Part shown: one piece after another, positions 12,535-20,244 of the stretch
Layout: each line of letters begins with the position of its first letter
How positions within the stretch are numbered: position 1 is the stretch's first letter
DNA from: a virus
IMG/VR virus record: IMGVR_UViG_3300044971_003869
Length of the DNA stretch: 22,166 bases
Strand: one strand, 5' to 3'
Notes under the pieces: generated by a model
Seen by the model: only the letters and a program-made list of their open reading frames with translations
What the model was told of the DNA's origin: nothing
Database searches by the model: none
Program-made: the position numbers and the translations under genes

Positions 12535-14958
12535 TTAATCCTCATCGTTCTTGATCATTGCGTGAATATAATGCACTGCAAATGCACAACCTGTAGCTAT
12601 GATGGTGATTTTTCTAGTTTCTCCAGAGAGGGTTGCGAACACTACGACGCTACTTGAAATCGTAAAAGCCAGTGCTGAAGTCTCTCTTGAGAATTTCTTG
12701 ATAAAGCCCCAAGGACTAAATCTTCTTTTCATTGTTTCCTCCTCGTATTTAAATATACTGTTTCTTGTGAAGTTATTATCTTCTTGATCTTCTGGACCCT
12801 CTATCTCAGCGTCCTCTTCTTCGCCGTCTGGATTCTCATTTTCCTTGCGACCATTCCTATTGCCTCCGTCTCCAGGTCCTCCTCCAGAACCGCCACCAGA
12901 GCCTCCAGAACCACCATCAGAGCCTCGAGAACTGCCACCAGAACCACCAGAGCCCCCTCCAGAACCTCCTGAGCCTCCTCCAGATCCAACTGCACCAGCA
13001 GTTGCAGCTGTAAGGACTGCAGTGGCAGCTAGTAGAGTTCTACGAGACTGTACGTCTACATTGGATCCCACTGGCACGTAGTCGTCAAGACCCTCTCCAT
13101 AAACGTCAATAGTTTCCTCAAAGGCATTCTTTACTTCTTCTGGGGCATTCGTCACTGCTTCAACAAGAGCTGCTTCTTCTTCAGTTGAAAGTTCGCCCAC
13201 AGGAATTTCAGCAAAGATTTCCGACGCCTGGTCACCATCAATGCTCTCTAAGACCTTTTCACTAGTGGCAAGTTCTGTAGCCTGATCTTCAGTAACACCA
13301 TTTTCTAAGATATTATCAACAGCATCAGCAACCTGATCTTCACTAATATTGTCTGATTCCAATATGTCTACGACTTCAGCAAACTGCTCATCGCTAAGGG
13401 GAGAGTCCAAAACTGCATCGATTACCTCAGCAAATTTTTCGTCGGACAATGGCTCAGCAAACACTGCACCCAAAGCTGCACTTAGTTCTGCAGTTGAAAG
13501 ATCATCGGCAAACACGGAGTCAACAACAGCAGCAAACTCTTCACTGTTCATAGGTCCATCAAAAAGAGATGTAACTAGTGCTGCGATTTCTTCTGGCGAG
13601 TCGGCATTACCTATAGCGTCTGTTACTGCTGCACCAAGTTCATCTGCGTTGTCTGTATTTTTAAAGATATCAGTAACTGTTTCATCAGCTGTATTTTGCG
13701 TCTCTTCTGGAATGCTTACTTCTGGAATTGTTTCATTTGGTAAATCTTCTGGCTCTGGAATTGCTACTGGAGTTGTATCTATTTCTGGAGTAGAAACTGG
13801 GGTTGGATCTAGTTCTGGAATTGAAACAGTAGTATTTTCTGTTGGAATAGTTTCGACAGGAGGGGGGACAACCGCTGGTTCGGTAGTTGTTGTCGTGCCT
13901 GTTGTTACTTCTGGAACTGTTGTGGTCGTTGTAGTTGTGCTGGTTGTAGTCGTTGTGGTTGTAGTGGTTGTTGTCGGTGGTGGTTCTGTTGTCGTGGTTG
14001 TGGTCGAAGGAGGTGGCTCTGTTGTTGTAGTCGGAGGAAGAGTTGGGGCTGTCTCGTTATTGGGCTCAACGCCACCAAATGTTTCACATGAGCCACCAGC
14101 CTGATTGCACGAGAGTGTTGTGCCAAGTTCACTGTCAATCATTAAGACTGGTGAAAGTGCAGTATCATCGAGGTTGAATACTGTGAAGCCAAGCTTATAA
14201 GTTCCGGTAACTGAGACTTCGTATGTTGACATTTGCCAACCAGTTGAGCCGTACGAGTTAGTTGAGTAGTCGCCAGTTCCCGGGTTAGAAAAACCAAGAA
14301 GAGCATAAGACTCCTCAAAGTTATTAACCGTAATCACTGGAGTCGATGCAACGGTGACAGGAACAAGCGAAGTTATAGATCCGTCATTGAATGGCACATA
14401 GTCAGTTGCCATATAGTTCCAAGCCATTGTATAAGTAATGCCAGCAGTGAGCTCCACTTCACGGGTAATCCATGCAGCATCAGTGGGGTTTCCTCCTCCA
14501 AATCCTGATGCCTGTGCCTGTGATGATAACATGCTTGTTATCTGTGATGTTTGGTTTCCAGAAAGTCCAAGTGCTACAGCAGCTTGAGTAAATGTTTGTT
14601 CACCCTTTGGTTGAAGCAGTGCTGCATATGTTGCGTTTTTTGGTGAAAAATTCCAAGTGCCTGCAGTGACCGCTGGTGCATAATACGGACTTGAAGGATT
14701 ACCCATCGCACTGCGTGCGCCGTGACTAAATAATCTAGAACCACTAAAGACAGTTACGCCAGTTCCGTTACCGTTGATTGACGGACCGAGTGTTCCAGTC
14801 TGTGAGCCTCTAGACCAACCAGTTAGTGTGCCATCTTCAAAGCCAGCATTGGGCATGGACACAGGAGTGCTGGTAGCCCTTGCCGCTATTGGGAAAACCC
14901 AAGCCATTAGAAATAGCAATACAAGGATCCAAGATCCATTACGTGGTTTTAATTTCAT
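12535..14958 (-). CDS. secreted/membrane-anchored modular protein, 807 aa
   Basis: GGAGGGG lies before ATG 14958. The N-terminal signal peptide is KLKPR + WILVLLFLMAWVFPIA + ARA. NAGFEDGTLTGW opens a jelly-roll/CBM-like domain. The Thr/Pro run covers residues ~304-420, the 17-aa acidic repeats residues 454-555, and the GGSGGS linker residues 657-699. Two hydrophobic segments lie at the C-terminal end. Confidence 0.85.
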   Translation of the reverse strand: MKLKPRNGSWILVLLFLMAWVFPIAARATSTPVSMPNAGFEDGTLTGWSRGSQTGTLGPSINGNGTGVTVFSGSRLFSHGARSAMGNPSSPYYAPAVTAGTWNFSPKNATYAALLQPKGEQTFTQAAVALGLSGNQTSQITSMLSSQAQASGFGGGNPTDAAWITREVELTAGITYTMAWNYMATDYVPFNDGSITSLVPVTVASTPVITVNNFEESYALLGFSNPGTGDYSTNSYGSTGWQMSTYEVSVTGTYKLGFTVFNLDDTALSPVLMIDSELGTTLSCNQAGGSCETFGGVEPNNETAPTLPPTTTTEPPPSTTTTTTEPPPTTTTTTTTTTTSTTTTTTTVPEVTTGTTTTTEPAVVPPPVETIPTENTTVSIPELDPTPVSTPEIDTTPVAIPEPEDLPNETIPEVSIPEETQNTADETVTDIFKNTDNADELGAAVTDAIGNADSPEEIAALVTSLFDGPMNSEEFAAVVDSVFADDLSTAELSAALGAVFAEPLSDEKFAEVIDAVLDSPLSDEQFAEVVDILESDNISEDQVADAVDNILENGVTEDQATELATSEKVLESIDGDQASEIFAEIPVGELSTEEEAALVEAVTNAPEEVKNAFEETIDVYGEGLDDYVPVGSNVDVQSRRTLLAATAVLTAATAGAVGSGGGSGGSGGGSGGSGGSSRGSDGGSGGSGGGSGGGPGDGGNRNGRKENENPDGEEEDAEIEGPEDQEDNNFTRNSIFKYEEETMKRRFSPWGFIKKFSRETSALAFTISSSVVVFATLSGETRKITIIATGCAFAVHYIHAMIKNDED
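13294..13599 (-). repeat. six in-phase 17-aa (51-nt) acidic amphipathic repeats
   Basis: SPEEIAALVTSLFDGPM / NSEEFAAVVDSVFADDL / STAELSAALGAVFAEPL / SDEKFAEVIDAVLDSPL / SDEQFAEVVDILESDNI / SEDQVADAVDNILENGV, with degenerate copies on both sides. Confidence 0.7.
13699..14049 (-). repeat. Thr/Pro-rich low-complexity (mucin-like) coding region
   Basis: TTTTEPPPSTTTTTTEPPPTTTTTTTTTTTSTTTTTTTVPEVTTGTTTTTEP followed by IPE/TPV-type units. The DNA is ACN/GGT-rich low complexity. Confidence 0.8.
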
Positions 14959-14981
14959 TACCCCTCCAGGTAGTCATACCT

Positions 14982-14989
14982 TATAGTAA
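14982..14989 (-). promoter_or_regulatory. TTACTATA motif copy (TCATTACTATAAGG subclass)
   Basis: Lies 23 nt upstream of ATG 14958, with GGAGGGG in between. Confidence 0.35.
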
Positions 14990-15016
14990 TGAAGCTAAGT
15001 TAAATGTGCGGCGGCC

Positions 15017-15051
15017 AAATAGAAAAGACCCCAGCTGTTAAGCCAGGGTCT
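15017..15051 (-). terminator. rho-independent terminator after the lysis cassette
   Basis: Minus strand reads AGACCCTGGC-TTAACA-GCTGGGGTCT: a 10-bp stem including two G-U pairs, with a 6-nt loop, followed by TTTTCTATTT. The plus-strand version has two mismatches and no T-tract. Confidence 0.55.
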
Positions 15052-15095
15052 AATCATGTGCCTCCGTTGCAAGGACTTATATTATAACATATGAT

Positions 15096-15215
15096 TTAGT
15101 CAATTTCTACGTCTGGATCAGTTTTTTTTAGGCCATCTACAATAACGGCGATTAACGCTACCGGCATTGCAAACATACCCGCAATTATAATTGCAATAAT
15201 TATTCCTTTAATCAT
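15096..15215 (-). CDS. single-pass membrane peptide, 39 aa (MIKGIIIAIIIAGMFAMPVALIAVIVDGLKKTDPDVEID)
   Basis: Not in the ORF track; translated by hand. AAGGA lies 8 nt before ATG 15215. It is the last gene of the lysis cassette before the terminator. Confidence 0.45.
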   Translation of the reverse strand: MIKGIIIAIIIAGMFAMPVALIAVIVDGLKKTDPDVEID

Positions 15216-15233
15216 TACGAAAATCCTTAATTA

Positions 15234-15857
15234 TTAAGAAAATATAGTAGGAATACTTATTAACACAATGATTCCAAGCAGCCAAAGTACAATTGAAAAA
15301 ATTACCAAGTAAGCAACAAGGTTTTTAATCTTCATGACTGCGGTTATACCCAGAAGAAACAAAGAAACAGCAAACAAACCTGTTAGCATTTGGAGTCGGT
15401 TACTTTTTTCACCATCAGTATTAGACAAATCAGTCCAGTACTTGCTGCTTTCAAACTGTTTGACATACGGCTCGTATAGCTCATCCATATAAGGTTTACA
15501 GTTTGGCAGTTGTCCTTTTGGATCTTTAAAAAAGCACGGCATTGCAAATGTGTATAACTCATAAGAGCCATTAGACGTTTTTATGTCACTGTAAATGTCG
15601 TCAAGACTAACGCCGTCTACAACTACACGGATTTGCTTGTCCTTCCATACGGTCAAATCATCTCTATATTTAACCTCTGATGTAATCCACATTCTGTCGG
15701 CCTCTGATAAACTTAACTGATACTCAGAGTTTGCGTCTCCAGACCTACCTCCGTATAGAGAAGACTGGATAGCTGTCCAAGCTGTAGTGGTTGACACCAA
15801 GCCGAGCATGATGACAATTAGTAGCTCGCTTGAAAACTTTTCTATTACCCTACGCAT
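15234..15857 (-). CDS. membrane protein, 207 aa (1 N-terminal + 2 C-terminal TM segments), lysis-cassette associated
   Basis: Starts 3 nt after the endolysin stop. Hydrophobic segments are LLIVIMLGLVSTTTAWTAI, LTGLFAVSLFLLGITAVM and LVAYLVIFSIVLWLLGIIVLISIP. The function (holin or lysis regulator) is inferred from position only. Confidence 0.75.
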   Translation of the reverse strand: MRRVIEKFSSELLIVIMLGLVSTTTAWTAIQSSLYGGRSGDANSEYQLSLSEADRMWITSEVKYRDDLTVWKDKQIRVVVDGVSLDDIYSDIKTSNGSYELYTFAMPCFFKDPKGQLPNCKPYMDELYEPYVKQFESSKYWTDLSNTDGEKSNRLQMLTGLFAVSLFLLGITAVMKIKNLVAYLVIFSIVLWLLGIIVLISIPTIFS

Positions 15858-15860
15858 TTA

Positions 15861-16391
15861 TTATGCACCTGGCTTAGGCAAAGCCCTCCATGCAGCTTCC
15901 ATCTTTGCTGCATCCTTAGCAAACTCTGGCTCAAGTTCAATGTGAATCCACTTACCACCAAAAGAACCAGCATTATCTTTAGCGTCATATATTTTTACAC
16001 CCTTTTCGCCTTCACCTCTTGAGCAGCGGAATCCTCTACCATAACCAGGCTTTTTATCCGAAGCGTTTGCATCGTAAGCGTAGTCGTGAATCTCTACAAT
16101 GCCCAAAGCTTCAGCATTTGCGAGGAACCAATCCCACATTGCTACACCGATTTTGCGGTCTGTGTAACCAATGTCTGCTGCTGCACCAGTTGCGTGAACT
16201 GACAGCCACTTTTCCATTCCTGGATCGCCAATCTTTTTACCAGCGGTATGGGAATTTCTCATCAATCTAGGAGAGTAAATTCCCATGTTGCTAGTCTTCC
16301 ATCTACGAGCGCAAGCATTGACAAACCATTCTGTTCCAGCTCCTGCTTTTTTGCCATCAAATGATGGATAATATGGATATTTTCTTGGCAT
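15861..16391 (-). CDS. LAS-family zinc peptidase (peptidase M15-like) endolysin
   Basis: Exact SxHxxGxAxD signature (SVHATGAAAD) plus a distal His in WIHIE. AAGGAG lies 7 nt before ATG 16391. Confidence 0.8.
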   Translation of the reverse strand: MPRKYPYYPSFDGKKAGAGTEWFVNACARRWKTSNMGIYSPRLMRNSHTAGKKIGDPGMEKWLSVHATGAAADIGYTDRKIGVAMWDWFLANAEALGIVEIHDYAYDANASDKKPGYGRGFRCSRGEGEKGVKIYDAKDNAGSFGGKWIHIELEPEFAKDAAKMEAAWRALPKPGA

Positions 16392-16425
16392 TTTGATTCT
16401 CCTTTTAAATTTTAAAATATGTTAT

Positions 16426-16433
16426 TATAGTAA
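16426..16433 (-). promoter_or_regulatory. TTACTATA motif copy (reads TTACTATAAT)
   Basis: Lies 34 nt upstream of ATG 16391 in the 50-nt gap after the glycan operon. Contains TATAAT. Confidence 0.4.
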
Positions 16434-16442
16434 CGAATATTA

Positions 16443-17114
16443 TCAAAAAGATGTAGTGAACATCTCCACTGCTTCTGGCTGCTCTTCTGCTACCTTTGGG
16501 TGAATCGTTTCTATTAAAACTAGTGGCTCTCTAGTGAATCTATCAGCCGCAAACCAACCATTGTTTACAGCATCATTTACCAGAATTTCGGCAGCGTGGG
16601 GCTTGATGGCGTATGCGTACGCGCAGTTCATGGATACTATACCTCTAGCCTCGCCTGGGCTAAAACCCATTCTAAAGACAGAATCTTGTATACCATCAGC
16701 ATACTCATCAAAAGTGCCTCTCATGTGCCTTCTTCTGATTGAACCTTCCCAGTCTAAGTGTAGTACATCTTTCCAGATAAAATCATTCCAAGGTCTTAAA
16801 ATTTTTGCGTCGTGCTCCATTATTATAATAGGCTCATTTAAAGATATTGATTTTAACCAAAGATCAAAATGCGATGCGAAGCATCCTATTGTTCCGACTA
16901 CTGTCGTCCATCTATTATATAAATCAAAGTATGGAACTGTAGTATCAGATATGGGCCTAACGTTATGAGACAAAAGGAAATCAGATGACTCTTCGCCACA
17001 GTGCGCATCAAAAACATGTGCTTCGTAGCCGTGAACATTTAAAGACTCAATACAATTATTTGACAATCTAACTGAAGACTCATTGTCTTTTAATGTTATA
17101 ACAAAAGCTTTCAT
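16443..17114 (-). CDS. glycosyltransferase family 25-like
   Basis: MKAFVITL...R..., GTIGCFASHFDLW and PIIIMEHDA match the GT25 pattern. ATG 17114 forms a TAATG overlap with the upstream stop. The ORF-track start at 17129 is a TTG. Confidence 0.8.
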   Translation of the reverse strand: MKAFVITLKDNESSVRLSNNCIESLNVHGYEAHVFDAHCGEESSDFLLSHNVRPISDTTVPYFDLYNRWTTVVGTIGCFASHFDLWLKSISLNEPIIIMEHDAKILRPWNDFIWKDVLHLDWEGSIRRRHMRGTFDEYADGIQDSVFRMGFSPGEARGIVSMNCAYAYAIKPHAAEILVNDAVNNGWFAADRFTREPLVLIETIHPKVAEEQPEAVEMFTTSF

Positions 17115-17884
17115 TATAAGACTTTCCAATCTTCTGGAATTAAATCTTTTATATCATGATTTAATTTTGGCCCAAACCAAACTTCTGGAACTGTTATTTC
17201 CTTATTTGGATCCTCGTTTAACCATGCGCCCCACCAACTAAATGAACTATTAGCTAAAATGTGTCCATCACATTGAGACATCAGGTACATATCTTCATAG
17301 TTGCTATTCTGTGAAAAAATGAACTTACCCGTATTGAGTAAGTCTAAATTCATACACCATTCAATGTCATCAGAAAAAACAAAACCCAAATCATAGGAAT
17401 CAAATTTTTTAATAGACTGAGCATAATATTCATATGGTGGGATAGGATGGGAATCTGAGTATTGAAGATAATCAGTTCTTCTAAAGTGAATAGAAAAAAT
17501 CTTCATTCCAGTTAATGACTGCATTATTGGAGATACGTGATCTATTATTTCATCTTTAAATATAAAATCTTTTCTTATATCTTCTTCAATGTGTTTAAAG
17601 TATTTTTCAGTTTGAAAATAACCCATTAAGTCTCTATCGTCTATTTTTTCATTAAAAAAATCTTCATCAAAATGATAAAATCTTTCGTTGAATGTTTGTA
17701 GACCCTGTATTGGGTTAATGTGATTTTCTATACTCGGCAGTTTAAATGCTTCGAATAAGCTATGCCCACTTGATGGTATTTGATAATCATTTCCACCATT
17801 TACAGCAATTCCTTTTGTTGCTGCGTATTGAAACATTTGATTTCCAAGACGACCATTTCTACCTAAAGTATTATGAGTCAGCAT
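17114..17884 (-). CDS. glycosyltransferase family 11 (alpha-1,2-fucosyltransferase-like)
   Basis: All GT11 blocks are present: GRLGNQMFQYA, IHFRRTDY, VFSDDIEWC and ANSSFSWWGAWL. Confidence 0.9.
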   Translation of the reverse strand: MLTHNTLGRNGRLGNQMFQYAATKGIAVNGGNDYQIPSSGHSLFEAFKLPSIENHINPIQGLQTFNERFYHFDEDFFNEKIDDRDLMGYFQTEKYFKHIEEDIRKDFIFKDEIIDHVSPIMQSLTGMKIFSIHFRRTDYLQYSDSHPIPPYEYYAQSIKKFDSYDLGFVFSDDIEWCMNLDLLNTGKFIFSQNSNYEDMYLMSQCDGHILANSSFSWWGAWLNEDPNKEITVPEVWFGPKLNHDIKDLIPEDWKVL

Positions 17885-18476
17885 TTCTCTTCCAGTTTTC
17901 CCAAACGTAAGGATACTTCCAGGTTATAGAGTGCGTTTTAGATAATCCTTCTAATATATATGCGTATTCTTCTTCGTAGTTATCTATCATATGAAACTGT
18001 ATCTGAAGATTATCAAAAATACTAATAGTTCCATTGTCTATTAAATCCCTAAGAAGTGGATACTCCGCACCCTCAATGTTTATCTTGACTAGATCTATAT
18101 TATTGATATTTAAATCTTTTATAAAAGACTTCAAATCGATACAGTCTATTTCCATCAAATTATCTTCGTGATAGATGCTAGCTTCGTTATCATCAACACC
18201 AAGGGTTAATTTTCCATCAAACGTCCACGCAGCAACGTTGTGCATATGGACTTTTTCTTGGTCCCACAATCTAGCTTTGCATGAATTAAATAAAGGTGTT
18301 GGTTCAAATACGTGCATAGTGCATTTATACCTATTATAGATAGGGCTACACCAATCTCCAACGCTACCTCCAATATCAAAAACAATAGATTCTTCATTAA
18401 GATCGTAATCTAAACGAAGGGTTGCATCTCCACTGTCTGCGTACCATTGCGTTGAATCTGCTGGTCTAATTTTCAT
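17871..18476 (-). CDS. FkbM-family methyltransferase
   Basis: FDIGGSVGDW, HVFEP and DLVKINIEGAEYPLL match the Methyltransf_21/FkbM pattern. ATGA overlap with the upstream gene. Confidence 0.85.
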   Translation of the reverse strand: MKIRPADSTQWYADSGDATLRLDYDLNEESIVFDIGGSVGDWCSPIYNRYKCTMHVFEPTPLFNSCKARLWDQEKVHMHNVAAWTFDGKLTLGVDDNEASIYHEDNLMEIDCIDLKSFIKDLNINNIDLVKINIEGAEYPLLRDLIDNGTISIFDNLQIQFHMIDNYEEEYAYILEGLSKTHSITWKYPYVWENWKRNADS

Positions 18477-19447
18477 TTAGCGTTAGCTTTCATCTTGTCA
18501 TAGATCCAAGAATAAGTGCTCTCCATGCCACTACGAAGAGATATGCTAGGCTCCCAATCGAACACTGATTTAAATAAAGTATTGTCACTATTTCTTCCTC
18601 TGACTCCTTGTGGAGCAGAGCTATCATAGATTCTCTTCACTTTGATGCCGGCGATATCTTCAGCTATATCCACTAATTGATTAATGGTAACTAGCTCAGC
18701 ACTACCAATATTTACAGGATCGTGCATGCTGGAGTTCATAAGGCCTATAGTTCCCTTTACACAGTCATCAACATACATAAATGATCTTGTCTGCTCACCG
18801 TCACCCCAAATAACGATCTCATTTTTTCCTGATATTTTAGCTTCTGCTATTTTTCTGGCAATTGCGGCTGGGGCTTTTTCTCTACCGCCAAAGTATGTGC
18901 CATGAGGTCCGTAAACATTATGATATCTAGCTACATGTGTAGCTATTTTATAATCTTCCATAAAGTGTCTGCACATTCTTTCGGAGAAAAGTTTTTCCCA
19001 ACCATATCCATCTTCTGCATCTGCTGGATAGGCGTCTGATTCTTTTAACGCAGTAACATCTGCAGAGTCTTGCTTAGATCCATTATAGACACAAGCTGAA
19101 GAAGTGAATAAGAAGTTCTTAACTCCGTTTTCTTTAGCTGCCATAAGCAGATGCGTATTAATTAGCACGCTTAGCATACACTCTGCTTTATTATTCTCAA
19201 TGAAACCAATTCCACCCATGTCTGCTGATAGGTTGTAAATTTGATCTACACCCTTAGATATATTTAAGCAGTTAAATTCCTTAGACATGTCAGACACTGC
19301 GCTATGAACATTGACACTAGTGTGAATTTGATGCCAATCCGACATAGACTTTTTATCAACTGCGATGATTTGATGTCCTTGCTTAGCGAGTGTGCCAACT
19401 AAGTGTCCACCAATAAATCCGCCTGCTCCAGTTACTAAAATTTTCAT
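18473..19447 (-). CDS. NAD-dependent epimerase, GDP-mannose 3,5-epimerase (GME)-like
   Basis: TGAGGFIGGHL, ADMGGIGFI, SSACVY, YGWEK (YxxxK), GGREKAPAA, WGDGEQTRSF and PQGVRGRNSDN. I recall these blocks as near-identical in plant GME. Confidence 0.8.
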   Translation of the reverse strand: MKILVTGAGGFIGGHLVGTLAKQGHQIIAVDKKSMSDWHQIHTSVNVHSAVSDMSKEFNCLNISKGVDQIYNLSADMGGIGFIENNKAECMLSVLINTHLLMAAKENGVKNFLFTSSACVYNGSKQDSADVTALKESDAYPADAEDGYGWEKLFSERMCRHFMEDYKIATHVARYHNVYGPHGTYFGGREKAPAAIARKIAEAKISGKNEIVIWGDGEQTRSFMYVDDCVKGTIGLMNSSMHDPVNIGSAELVTINQLVDIAEDIAGIKVKRIYDSSAPQGVRGRNSDNTLFKSVFDWEPSISLRSGMESTYSWIYDKMKANAK

Positions 19448-20244
19448 GATGTTAAATTCCTATTCTCGTTATGGTTTTCTCTTAGTATAAGATCGAAGTG
19501 TCTATTATACAATATTCTCATGTTCTTATGGTTGGCTTTATACAGCCAATTTGCTACGCCACCAGTAGCTCTTGTGCCACCCCAGGAATAATCTGATTGA
19601 TAATCAATCCAGTAGCATCCTGAAACTTTTCCGTAATCTTTAAATGCCCTATAGGCCAAGTCATGATCATCCATTTCTTGCGGGGAGTATATCTCATCAA
19701 GATAATTTAACTTAACAAGGATTTCGTGATCTATCATTAGGGGGCCACGATTTACTGTACTTCTTACTGCAAAAGTATCTCTATCTATAGAAGATCTATC
19801 TGCGTGGTTTGTGTGATTTAAGATATCACACCAGCAGTCATCTAACTCTTCTTCTAATTCAAGGTGTAAAGATCTTGGATTTATTCTCCAATCATGTGCA
19901 GTTCTTGCGGTGACGGCAAATACATCTTTAAAGGAGAATGGTTTTTCCATTCTTAAATTCCATCCCTTTTCTTTAATTACCATATCATCTTGGATGATAA
20001 TTACTTTGTTACCCTCGGCTGCTTTTAGGCCAATATTATTTGCCTTTGTTTCAAAAACGTCGTCTGCATACTTTATCGTTGTATTACCTTTAGCCAATGA
20101 CTTAACAACCTTTTCGGAGTTATCAGTACAACCGTCCAATACCACTATTACTTCATACAGACCTTCTGTATTGTCGTATATGGAGGTCAGTACTTTATCT
20201 ACAAGCCAATCTTTATTGTGTACTGTTAATACTATGCTATGCAT
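19444..20244 (-). CDS. glycosyltransferase family 2
   Basis: IVLTVHNKDW...VIVVLDGCTDNS and IIIQDDM (DxD region) are typical of GT2/GT-A. ATGA overlap with the downstream gene. Confidence 0.85.
   Translation of the reverse strand: MHSIVLTVHNKDWLVDKVLTSIYDNTEGLYEVIVVLDGCTDNSEKVVKSLAKGNTTIKYADDVFETKANNIGLKAAEGNKVIIIQDDMVIKEKGWNLRMEKPFSFKDVFAVTARTAHDWRINPRSLHLELEEELDDCWCDILNHTNHADRSSIDRDTFAVRSTVNRGPLMIDHEILVKLNYLDEIYSPQEMDDHDLAYRAFKDYGKVSGCYWIDYQSDYSWGGTRATGGVANWLYKANHKNMRILYNRHFDLILRENHNENRNLTS

Noticed and set aside
12862-14049. Repetitive DNA (GGN/TCN and ACN runs) as a possible CRISPR array or satellite
   Set aside because: There is no repeat-spacer periodicity. The region is in frame within one long ORF and encodes Gly/Ser and Thr/Pro low complexity.
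13349-14104. 251-aa plus-strand ORF. The same applies to plus-strand ORFs 12784..12972, 12845..13081, 8649..8834, 10859..11107 and 11891..12178.
   Set aside because: These lie antisense to long minus-strand genes with clear domain content. Their products are low-complexity mirror images (Val/Ser or Pro/Glu runs) of the Thr-, Gly- or Ser-rich coding strand, and they have no SD.
16534-16968. 144-aa plus-strand ORF (likewise 19910..20350, 20997..21239, 21325..21606, 18684..18905, 1417..1632, 3420..3762, 4300..4554, and minus-strand 116..358, 5359..5622, 15383..15571, 18206..18397)
   Set aside because: All are nested in or antisense to ORFs with recognisable enzyme or structural motifs. They lack SD sequences and have odd, low-complexity compositions.
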